Shown piece by piece: positions 20,177-28,604 of a stretch of DNA of 64,000 nucleotides. This DNA comes from Candidatus Acidiferrum sp. (GTDB lineage: Bacteria > Acidobacteriota > Terriglobia > Acidiferrales > UBA7541). Numbering within the stretch: position 1 is the stretch's first letter; every line of letters starts with the position of its first letter. A program made the position numbers and the translations under genes. Below the pieces are notes generated by a model. That model worked only from the letters and a program-made list of their open reading frames with translations. It ran no database searches and was not told the origin of the DNA. The stretch covers positions 1,878 through 65,877 of the forward strand of contig DATERF010000072.1 of the NCBI GenBank assembly GCA_035271845.1, given 5' to 3'.

Positions 20177-21157
20177 GTGATTCTCGCAGGCGACGTGGGC
20201 GGTACCAAATGCAATCTAGCACTCTTTGCGGAGAACAACGGGAAACTGGAATTTGTATTTCGTGAGCGCTTTGCCAGCAAGGAATTCGCACAGTTTGATC
20301 TGATCATTCGGGAATTTTCGCGCCGCGCCGCGCCGCATCTCAATGGCGACAAAATTCAGGCTGCAGGATTTGGCGTGGCGGGACCGGTCATTGATAACCG
20401 TATCCACGCGACGAATCTGCCGTGGATTGTGGATGCCGAGGTACTGGCGCAAGAAGTAGGCGTGAAGTCCATCGTGCTGGTGAACGATCTCGGTGCCACC
20501 GGTCACAGCCTGGCACACCTTTCTCCGGAAGATTTCTGCGTCTTGAATGTGGGCACGGCGGTGCCGGGTGCGTCGCGCGCTTTGTTAGCCGCAGGTACTG
20601 GCTTGGGCGAAGGCATTTTGTTTTGGGATGGCAAGCGCTACAAGGTCGTGCCCAGCGAAGGCGGTCATTCTGACTATGCGCCGCGCACCGATCAGCAGAT
20701 TGAACTGCTGAAATTCATGCGGCACCGTTATCCGCAGGTGAGTTGGGAGCTGATTCTTTCGGGCCGCGGATTCCGTACACTGCACGAATTTATTGCGCCC
20801 AGTGTGAAGCATCCCATTTTCGAAGATCCAGATGCCGACCCGGCGCCGTTCATCACGAAAAGCGGACTGGATCGCTCCTGCCCGGTGTGCGTCGAGACGC
20901 TAGATCTATGGACCAACATTTACGGCGCGGAAGCCGGGAATCTGGCGCTTAAGGTTCTGGCTCTGGGCGGAGTGTATGTGGCTGGTGGCATCGCCGTGAA
21001 AATCCTGCCGAAAATGAAGGATGGAACATTCTTCAACTCGTTCAAGGACAAATGGCACTTCGAGAAGATGCTCCTGGATGTGCCGGTCTCTATCGTGCTG
21101 AACGAGTCCGCGCCGCTGATCGGCGCAGCCTACGAGGCGTACGCCACGATCAGGTAA
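20177..21157 (+). CDS. glk: Glucokinase
   Basis: LAGDVGGTK, GVAGPV, TNLPW, GTGLG, PSEGGH, GGVYVAGGI. Confidence 0.95.
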   Translation: MILAGDVGGTKCNLALFAENNGKLEFVFRERFASKEFAQFDLIIREFSRRAAPHLNGDKIQAAGFGVAGPVIDNRIHATNLPWIVDAEVLAQEVGVKSIVLVNDLGATGHSLAHLSPEDFCVLNVGTAVPGASRALLAAGTGLGEGILFWDGKRYKVVPSEGGHSDYAPRTDQQIELLKFMRHRYPQVSWELILSGRGFRTLHEFIAPSVKHPIFEDPDADPAPFITKSGLDRSCPVCVETLDLWTNIYGAEAGNLALKVLALGGVYVAGGIAVKILPKMKDGTFFNSFKDKWHFEKMLLDVPVSIVLNESAPLIGAAYEAYATIR

Positions 21158-21218
21158 GCCGCACCGTCCCCGAGGACCGTAGCAAAACCGGCAGATACTG
21201 AGTTGATGGTAGGATAAA

Positions 21219-21479
21219 CTATTTTGCGTGACGCAGTCGTTGCCGCAAGGTTTCCACGACCAGACCGACCAGCGCGTACGTAGCAGTATTTGCAAGAAGA
21301 ACCCAATAAAGACGAATCGGATACGAACTGAGAAGCGCAATCGGACAAGTCAACCGGACGAGACCCGTCATCGGGTCCGCAGAGGTGAACGGTGGAGGCG
21401 GGACTGCCAGCGCGTAAAGTCCCCAACTGCCCGCTACCAGAAAGCCTACTATCGCCCAGGTACGAATTCGGTGTTTCAT
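21219..21479 (-). CDS. Small hypothetical membrane protein
   Basis: 86 aa with 2-3 hydrophobic segments; AGGAG RBS upstream on the minus strand. Confidence 0.6.
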   Translation of the reverse strand: MKHRIRTWAIVGFLVAGSWGLYALAVPPPPFTSADPMTGLVRLTCPIALLSSYPIRLYWVLLANTATYALVGLVVETLRQRLRHAK

Positions 21480-21860
21480 ACTGCCGCTCCTGCTGTCTCT
21501 GGCTCGATATTCTCACCGGTCCTCGCCAACTGCAAACAGAATAGCTCACTACCGAGTGTTGCGGGCACTCGACCGAGGTTATCATTTGATCAGTGCCGCC
21601 TACGAGACCTATGCCTTCTTTCGGCCAAGCTAGGGATAAACAGTTGGATTTGGAAAGAGAGACGGACAAGGGACGAGACAAGCTTGAGCCAATCTACCGG
21701 AAGATGTTTGCTCGAAATTCGTGACGCGGCGTGAGTTTCCCCGAAGTCAACCCGTTTTTGGTAGACTGACTGCTCTGAATTGCGGTTTGTTTGGACCGCT
21801 ATCCTTCATATGGCAAGTCCTGCCATCCGCTGCTGGCGAATGGAGGCATGGAGCTCTCGC

Positions 21861-23354
21861 ATGAGCAGTACAGCAACCACCCCAGTTACGGAAATTCTGA
21901 ATTATTCAGACGGGGTCTGGCGGAAATCTTCTGCCAGCGAATTTGTGAACGTAACGAATCCCGCGAGCGGTGAGTTGATTGCGCGGACGCCGCTTTCTTC
22001 CAAGTCGGATGTGGATGCTGTGGTGCAAGCCGCTGCCGAGGCATTTCCGGCTTGGCGTCGCACGCCGGCTGGGGAGCGCATTCAGTATTTATTTAAGCTG
22101 AAGTTTCTCCTGGAAGAGCACATAGACGAGCTGTCGCGGCTGATTACGTTGGAGAACGGGAAAACGTTTGGCGAGTCCAAGGCGGAATTGCGCCGCGGGA
22201 TCGAAAATGTGGAAGTGGCCTGCGGCATTCCGATGATGATGCAGGGCTACAACCTGGAGGACATAACTCCGGGCGTGGACGAAACGCTGATTCGCCAGCC
22301 GCTGGGCGTGGTTGCGGCGATCGTGCCATTCAATTTTCCCGCGATGATTCCGTTCTGGTTTCTGCCGTACGCAGTGGCCTGCGGAAACACCTTCGTGCTG
22401 AAGCCCAGCGAGCGCGTGCCGATTACGGTGCGGCGCATTATCGAGCTTGTCGAAAAAACGGGGATTCCTAAAGGCGTAGTCAACGTCGTGAATGGCGGCA
22501 AGGAAGTGGTTGACGCGCTCTGCGATCATCCCACGGTGCGCGCCATCAGCTTTGTGGGATCCACACCTGTTGCGAAGCACGTTTACCAGCGTTCGGCAGC
22601 GGCGGGTAAGCGCATGCAGTGTCAGGGCGGCGCAAAGAATCACGTGATTGTGCTGCCCGATGCGGATATGGACCTGGCCAAACAGATCATCAGCGATTCC
22701 GCATTTGGCTGCGCCGGCCAGCGCTGCCTGGCGGTATCCGTGGCTGTGACGATTGGCGAAGCGCAAAAGACGTTTCGCGACGCCATCGCGGAGGCGGCAT
22801 CTTCGATAAAGGTGGGATTTGGACTGGACCAAGGCGTGCAAATGGGCCCGGTGATTTCCAAGGAAAGCAAATCACGCGTGGAATCGCTGATTGCCACCGG
22901 CGTGGGGGATGGGGCCAAGGCTGTCGTTGACGGTCGCAATACCAAACTGGCCGGCCACGAAAACGGCAATTTTGTGAAACCGACCGTTTTGGATGGTGTT
23001 CCCGCTTCCAGCTCGCTGGCCAACACGGAAATTTTCGGCCCGGTGCTGAGCCTGATTCACGCCAACACCATTGACGAGGCCATCGAGTTCATTCGCAAGA
23101 GCCCGTACGGCAACCAGGCTTCGCTATTTACCACTAGCGGCGCGGCGGCGCGCAAGTTCCGCTACGAAGCGCCTGCGGGCAACATCGGAATCAACATCGG
23201 AGTCGCGGCGCCGATGGCGTATTTCCCATTCAGCGGCTGGAAAGAAAGTTTCTTCGGGATTCTGCACGCGCAGGGCAAAGATGCGGTGGAGTTTTACACT
23301 GAATCTAAGATCGTAATAGAGCGGTGGTCGCGTCAGGAAACCCGCAAGTTTTAA
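21861..23354 (+). CDS. CoA-acylating methylmalonate/malonate-semialdehyde dehydrogenase (MmsA/IolA family)
   Basis: [49 protein letters not shown]. Confidence 0.92.
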   Translation: MSSTATTPVTEILNYSDGVWRKSSASEFVNVTNPASGELIARTPLSSKSDVDAVVQAAAEAFPAWRRTPAGERIQYLFKLKFLLEEHIDELSRLITLENGKTFGESKAELRRGIENVEVACGIPMMMQGYNLEDITPGVDETLIRQPLGVVAAIVPFNFPAMIPFWFLPYAVACGNTFVLKPSERVPITVRRIIELVEKTGIPKGVVNVVNGGKEVVDALCDHPTVRAISFVGSTPVAKHVYQRSAAAGKRMQCQGGAKNHVIVLPDADMDLAKQIISDSAFGCAGQRCLAVSVAVTIGEAQKTFRDAIAEAASSIKVGFGLDQGVQMGPVISKESKSRVESLIATGVGDGAKAVVDGRNTKLAGHENGNFVKPTVLDGVPASSSLANTEIFGPVLSLIHANTIDEAIEFIRKSPYGNQASLFTTSGAAARKFRYEAPAGNIGINIGVAAPMAYFPFSGWKESFFGILHAQGKDAVEFYTESKIVIERWSRQETRKF

Positions 23355-23383
23355 AAGGCAGCTCATATCCGCGTACGTTCATA

Positions 23384-23411
23384 GCTGTGGACTGTTGGCT
23401 GTGGGCTGTAG
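23384..23411. repeat. Four tandem degenerate heptamers (RCTGTDG)
   Basis: gctgtgg actgttg gctgtgg gctgtag in the intergenic gap before the Rieske gene. Confidence 0.6.
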
Positions 23412-23430
23412 ACTCTGTTAACTTCTTGCC

Positions 23431-24561
23431 ATGACTGGCGAACCCCTTAACGTTGAAGTGAATCCACAGTTGGAGTGCGCAGAGACCCTGGCTTCGCGGT
23501 TCTACACGAATCCGGCGGTGCTGCTGCTGGAGAAAGAGCGCATTTTTCTGCGAACTTGGCAATTGGTCGGAACGTTGAGCCAGCCTTGCGGGGTGATGAA
23601 CGGCGCAAAACGAACCATCGCCGATCCGGAATCCTATTTCACGTTTGATCTGGCAGGAGAGCCGGTTGTCGTCGTGCGGGATGCGACCGGCATGCTGCGC
23701 GCCTTTAGCAACGTCTGCCGCCATCGAGCCGGGCCCATTGCTGAGGGAGCGGGGTGCAGAAAAGTTCTGAATTGCGCCTACCACGGCTGGACGTACACGT
23801 TGGACGGCCGGTTGATTGGGACTCCCGAAGTGGATGGCATGGAGTTGTTCGATCGCTCGACGATGGGCATGGTTCCGCTGCGTTGCGAGACATGGGAACA
23901 GTTCATCTTTGTGAATTTTGCGCCCGAGGGGCCGTCACTCGCTGAGTATCTGGGCAACATTCCGGAATTGACGCGCGATTTTTCCTTTGCGGGCCTGGCG
24001 CTGGCCGAACGCAGGGAATATATCGTGAACTGCAATTGGAAAGTGTACGTCGATAACTACCTTGAGGGCTATCACATCCCCATCGTGCATCCCGGTTTGA
24101 TGAAGGAGATCGACTATCCGCGCTATCGTTGCGAAACGTTCCGATACCATTCGCAGCAGCTCGGTCCCGTGAAGGAAGTTAAGCCCGGCGACACGCACGA
24201 ACGCGTCTATGCTCCCGGCGCCGGCCTCAAGGAAGCGCTGTACTTCTGGGTTTTTCCGAACATGATGCTGAACTTTTATCCGGATAATGTGTCGACGAAT
24301 CTAATCGTGCCACTTTCGCACGACAAGACGCTGACGATCTTCGAATGGTATTTTCACGGCGTTGGCTCCGAGAAGTCTCGCGAGCGATCTGCCAAGGCCA
24401 TCGCCTTCAGTGACCTTGTGCAGCAAGAAGACATCCATATTTGTGAAGCGGTACAGCGTGGACTAGCGTCTGCCACTTACGATCGCGGGCGCTACTCCGT
24501 CAAGCGCGAAAACGGTGTCCACCATTTCCACATGCTGTTGAGCGAATTTTTGAGCCAGTGA
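23431..24561 (+). CDS. Rieske non-heme iron oxygenase alpha subunit (choline/carnitine monooxygenase-like)
   Basis: NVCRHR...CAYHGW Rieske motif; NWKVYVDNYLEGYHIPIVH mononuclear Fe motif; QEDIHICEAVQRGL. Confidence 0.9.
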   Translation: MTGEPLNVEVNPQLECAETLASRFYTNPAVLLLEKERIFLRTWQLVGTLSQPCGVMNGAKRTIADPESYFTFDLAGEPVVVVRDATGMLRAFSNVCRHRAGPIAEGAGCRKVLNCAYHGWTYTLDGRLIGTPEVDGMELFDRSTMGMVPLRCETWEQFIFVNFAPEGPSLAEYLGNIPELTRDFSFAGLALAERREYIVNCNWKVYVDNYLEGYHIPIVHPGLMKEIDYPRYRCETFRYHSQQLGPVKEVKPGDTHERVYAPGAGLKEALYFWVFPNMMLNFYPDNVSTNLIVPLSHDKTLTIFEWYFHGVGSEKSRERSAKAIAFSDLVQQEDIHICEAVQRGLASATYDRGRYSVKRENGVHHFHMLLSEFLSQ

Positions 24562-24614
24562 GCTTCCGGCTGCATTCACCGAAGAGATCCGTTAGTTCCA
24601 AACCAGGAGTTCCC

Positions 24615-26000
24615 ATGCTCTTTCTGACGACCAAAACAAAGGCCAGTTGCGTGTTGGCCCGTGCTCGATTCGCGTTCGTTTCCGTGCTACTCATCATCTT
24701 CTTGGTGACTCCCACCTTCGCAGCCGACAAACTGAACGCATCTCAACTAACCGCACTGGCAAATTCCAACAGCCCCACGCTGGAGGATGCGATCCGAGCC
24801 AGCATGGATGCCAAAGAATTGAAGAGCGGCATCGCGTGGCTGGGTCGCGGTTCGGAGTTCTTCTTTGCCACCGAAGCAGCTTCGAAACCCTCACTAATCA
24901 TTGACGAGGCTCCGGGGCCAGAGATGCAAGAGTGGAGCAACTCCAATCTTTGGTACGCGCCCGCTCGCATCGAGCAGCTTGGCAAGCTGCATTCGTTTCG
25001 CTACGTCGTCGAGGGAGGCAATTTCGGAGGCCGCCTGGACTTGCCCGCTTTTACGGCGGACTCCTATCAGCAACCGGGAGTTCCTGGTGGTGTGTTGTCC
25101 GCGAAACTTAGCCATGTCAGCAAGATTTATGATGGTATGAGAAGCGATTATTGGATTTATGTTCCGGCGCAGTATGAGCCCAACAAACCTGCCGCCCTCA
25201 TGGTCTTTCAGGACGGCGAGGGGTACCTCAACCGGAACGGCAACAATCCCACTCTCAATGTGATCGACAATTTGATCGCGCAAAAGAAAATTCCGGTCAT
25301 GATTTGCGTGTTTATTAATCCCGGCGACATCAGCGGCTCCGAAGGCACGCCCACCTACAACTTTGTAAAAGCGCATTCGGAGAAGTGGCAACGTTCACTG
25401 AAGGATTCCATGCGCAGCACGCTCTACGATACGGTCAGCGACCGGTATGCGCGTTATCTGCGCGATGAAATTCTCTCGGACGTTGCAGCTCTATACAACA
25501 TTCGCAAAGACGCGTATAGCCGCGGAATCACCGGACTTTCCTCAGGCGGCATTTGCGCGTTCAATGCGGCATGGCAGATGCCCGATCAGTTCAGCCGCAT
25601 CATTTCCTGGATTGGCAGTTTCGAGGGCATCCAGTGGAAGGAGGATCCCGCGAATCCCGACGGGGGCCAGGACTACCCCGACAAAGTGTTGCGCGAACCG
25701 AAACGTAACATCCGCGTATGGTTGCAGGACGGCTCGGAGGATTTGGATGTACGTTGGGGCAGTTGGCCGCTGGCTAATCTTCGAATGGCCAATGCGCTGA
25801 AATTCCAGGGATACGACTTCCATTTCAGCTTTGGCGGAGGAACGCACAACTCGGCCCATGGTGCAGCCGAGTTCCCGGCAGAGATGATTTGGCTTTGGCG
25901 AGACTATGACCCCAACAAGTCTACGCAAACTTACGAGATGGACCCCACAGAAAAGTCCGCGCCACCGTTCCGGGTCAAGGTTCTAAATCGCACCCAGTGA
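24615..26000 (+). CDS. Secreted alpha/beta hydrolase, enterochelin-esterase-like
   Basis: Signal-like hydrophobic N-terminus; YWIYVPAQY, LMVFQDG, GLSSGG nucleophile elbow, GGTH. Confidence 0.85.
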   Translation: MLFLTTKTKASCVLARARFAFVSVLLIIFLVTPTFAADKLNASQLTALANSNSPTLEDAIRASMDAKELKSGIAWLGRGSEFFFATEAASKPSLIIDEAPGPEMQEWSNSNLWYAPARIEQLGKLHSFRYVVEGGNFGGRLDLPAFTADSYQQPGVPGGVLSAKLSHVSKIYDGMRSDYWIYVPAQYEPNKPAALMVFQDGEGYLNRNGNNPTLNVIDNLIAQKKIPVMICVFINPGDISGSEGTPTYNFVKAHSEKWQRSLKDSMRSTLYDTVSDRYARYLRDEILSDVAALYNIRKDAYSRGITGLSSGGICAFNAAWQMPDQFSRIISWIGSFEGIQWKEDPANPDGGQDYPDKVLREPKRNIRVWLQDGSEDLDVRWGSWPLANLRMANALKFQGYDFHFSFGGGTHNSAHGAAEFPAEMIWLWRDYDPNKSTQTYEMDPTEKSAPPFRVKVLNRTQ

Positions 26001-26021
26001 GCGATCGATCCAGCGCATCTT

Positions 26022-26642
26022 CTATGGATGCGCTGGGGCTGGCGTGGGAGCAGGCGCAGGTGCCGGCTTGGTGTAGTCGAAATTGACCTTGGGGGCTTGG
26101 CGCGCGCCCTCTTCGGTCTTGAAGTACGCGTCGTTGCGCGTGAAGCCTCCGAAGCTGGCGACCAAGCTGTTCGGGAACAGGGAGATGTAAGTGTTGTAAT
26201 CCTGCACTGTATCGTTATAACGCTTGCGCTCCACGGCGATTCGATTCTCTGTGCCTGCCAGTTCGTCCTGCAGCCGCATGAAGTTCTGGTCCGATTTCAA
26301 TTGCGGATAATTCTCCACGATGACCATCAAGCGGCTCAACGCAGAGTCCAATTGTCCGTTCGCAGCGATCTTATCCGCAGGCGTCCTCGCTCCCATCATG
26401 GCCGCGCGTGCCGCAGCGATATCGCCGAACACGGTTTGCTCCTGCACCGCGTAGCCTTTCACGGTCTGCACCAGGTTGGGGATAAGGTCGGCGCGGCGTT
26501 GCAGCACAACGTCCACCTGTGCCCAGGCCGCATTCACGGCTTCGCGCTTAATGGCCATTTGATTTCGCCGGCTAACATAGGCGGAGCCGACGACGAATGC
26601 CAGGATCAACAGCACAACCAGAATTACAATTCCCGCTTTCAT
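26022..26642 (-). CDS. lemA: LemA family protein
   Basis: N-terminal TM; QRRADLIPNLV, ENYPQLKS, ELAGTENRIAVERKRYN, FPNSLVA. Confidence 0.95.
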   Translation of the reverse strand: MKAGIVILVVLLILAFVVGSAYVSRRNQMAIKREAVNAAWAQVDVVLQRRADLIPNLVQTVKGYAVQEQTVFGDIAAARAAMMGARTPADKIAANGQLDSALSRLMVIVENYPQLKSDQNFMRLQDELAGTENRIAVERKRYNDTVQDYNTYISLFPNSLVASFGGFTRNDAYFKTEEGARQAPKVNFDYTKPAPAPAPTPAPAHP

Positions 26643-26672
26643 ATCCACCTCGATCGATAGAGTTTCGAAATC

Positions 26673-27407
26673 CTACTGCGCAACTCGCTTCCACTCTTTT
26701 TTTGGCACCAGGCGATCCAGTGCGATTATCACTTTTTCCAGCGCATGGATGTAGTGGTCATACACAACGAACGAATCTTCAGCTAGCCCTTGACCCTCGT
26801 GAAAGTCGTAGGCCGTTTGGAAAGCTCCCGCGCTGGCACCGGTCACGGCGGCAACGCGCTCAAACAATTCAGATGGTTGGACGGGGGGCTCTTCGTCAAA
26901 AGCCAGAAGCGTGTGGCGTAGAAGGGTGACCGCGCCCGAAACTGTTTTCTTCAGGATGTTGGTATATTCCAGTTCATTCTTTCCAACGTGCAATACATGT
27001 TGACGCAAGCGCTGCAGAAGGAGACGCAGGTCGCGTTCCACCTGCACCCGATGCAGGTTCATGGGAATTTCCAGGTCAGCCACCGGATCCTTCCCGAATA
27101 GCACGCGGTGTGCGCGCTTGACGTCGAGACTCTCGATGGGAAAAACATCGGTGGACCTTTGCAATTCTTCGCTCAGGAAGAAAAGTGGGGCCGGCTCTTT
27201 CTCTTCATTGGTCCACCAAAGGACCACGGGCGCGAGCAATTGCAATTCGTGGACGTTGATCGTTACCAGGGTACACAACACATTCAAGTCCGACGTTCCC
27301 GGCCGATACGCGCCGCTGGCTGCGGATCCGTAAAGCACCACGGACTCCAGGTTCTTGCCCGCTGCTTCTTTCAACCGGCTGACCAGTTCGCCCAGTTTTG
27401 TTTCCAT
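26673..27407 (-). CDS. Pol-beta-superfamily nucleotidyltransferase domain protein
   Basis: SVVLYGSAA...SDLNVL; DVFPIE; VLFGKDP. Confidence 0.8.
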   Translation of the reverse strand: METKLGELVSRLKEAAGKNLESVVLYGSAASGAYRPGTSDLNVLCTLVTINVHELQLLAPVVLWWTNEEKEPAPLFFLSEELQRSTDVFPIESLDVKRAHRVLFGKDPVADLEIPMNLHRVQVERDLRLLLQRLRQHVLHVGKNELEYTNILKKTVSGAVTLLRHTLLAFDEEPPVQPSELFERVAAVTGASAGAFQTAYDFHEGQGLAEDSFVVYDHYIHALEKVIIALDRLVPKKEWKRVAQ

Positions 27408-27438
27408 AGTTGCACCCACGCTGTTCGCTGAATCCTGC

Positions 27439-28257
27439 TTACCAACTGCCGCCGGCTCCACCGCCGCCGCTCATTCCTCCCCCAAAACCGCCGAAGCCTC
27501 CTCCTCCACCGCCCCAGCCGCCGCTTCCTCCACCGCTGCTCCAACCGCCGCGACTTCCACCCCAGCCGCCTCCGATCACTGGGCCAACCCACCAGCCACT
27601 GCCCATTCCGCCACGCCGGTTGATATTACTGCCGGAACCCCCCGACCGGGACATGAGAAAAATCAATAAGATGATCCCGAGAAAGATCCAAATCCCCAGG
27701 CTGCCGGAATCCTCGTGCTGCCGCACCGGACGCAATTGCGGTGCGCCGGTGAGCGTGACGCCCTTGTCGTCCGCAATATACTTCGCCAGCTGCCAAGCCG
27801 CCGCTGCAACGCCGCTGCTATAGTCGCCCTGGCGGAAGTAAGGAGTCATGAGCCGCCCGGCATCTCCGGCGCGCGCGTCATTGATAACCGGTTCCAGACC
27901 ATAGCCGACTTCGGTCCAGTATTTCCTATCATTTGGAGCGACCAGCAGCATCACGCCGTTGTCTTGCTTCTTCTGGCCTATCCCCAGCTGTTTGTACAGA
28001 TCATTGGCGTAAGGCTGAATCTCGTTGCCATCGAGCGACTTCACGGTGACGATGGCCATTTGCGCGCCGGTCTTCTGCTCCAGCTCGGTGCACAGCGCTT
28101 CCAGTTGCGTTTTGGTCTGTGCGTTGATAATTCCCGCGCGATCGGTGACATAACCGGTCGGCTTGAAGTTCTTAAAGTCATCGGCGCGCGCTACCGCGCT
28201 CACGGCTAGTACGAGCCCGGCGACGCACCACGCCAACATGGTTGTGCGGAGTTTCAT
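27439..28257 (-). CDS. TPM (TLP18.3/Psb32/MOLO-1) domain protein
   Basis: Signal peptide; GYVTDRAGII, TGAQMAIVTV, DNGVMLLVA, EVGYGLE; TM segment then Gly-rich tail GGFGGFGGGMSGGGGAGGSW. Confidence 0.92.
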   Translation of the reverse strand: MKLRTTMLAWCVAGLVLAVSAVARADDFKNFKPTGYVTDRAGIINAQTKTQLEALCTELEQKTGAQMAIVTVKSLDGNEIQPYANDLYKQLGIGQKKQDNGVMLLVAPNDRKYWTEVGYGLEPVINDARAGDAGRLMTPYFRQGDYSSGVAAAAWQLAKYIADDKGVTLTGAPQLRPVRQHEDSGSLGIWIFLGIILLIFLMSRSGGSGSNINRRGGMGSGWWVGPVIGGGWGGSRGGWSSGGGSGGWGGGGGGFGGFGGGMSGGGGAGGSW

Positions 28258-28604
28258 GAGTTCCCGAGCGAGCCTAAAAATCTGCCACTTCTACAGAAGG
28301 CGGAAAAGCGAAAACAGAAATCCGAAAGAACGAGCGGAAGAAACTGACACATTGCGGCCGACCGCGCAGCCTCTGCGCAAATTCTCTCACAAAAGCGGAG
28401 CGAAAATCCCCATCGAATTTTTTTACAAAGGTGGAAGTGGTGAAGAAGTCGAAAATCGAGGTGAAGCCGCTCTACCCAGAAAGCGCGTTCCTCCGTCAGC
28501 ACTGCGCCACGGGGGCGTTCCGACTCTACCGGGGCGCCTCCTAAAATCGTGCGACCTGTGGGGTCATTGACCGCACCGCCGGCGAATCATACTCTGTAAG
28601 CGAA

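Noticed and set aside
21480-21860. Possible gene fragment between the small membrane protein and mmsA
   Set aside because: No frame gives a recognisable protein; cannot be supported without a search.
27410-27823. Poly-proline ORF on the plus strand
   Set aside because: Reverse complement of the Gly-rich tail of the TPM protein.
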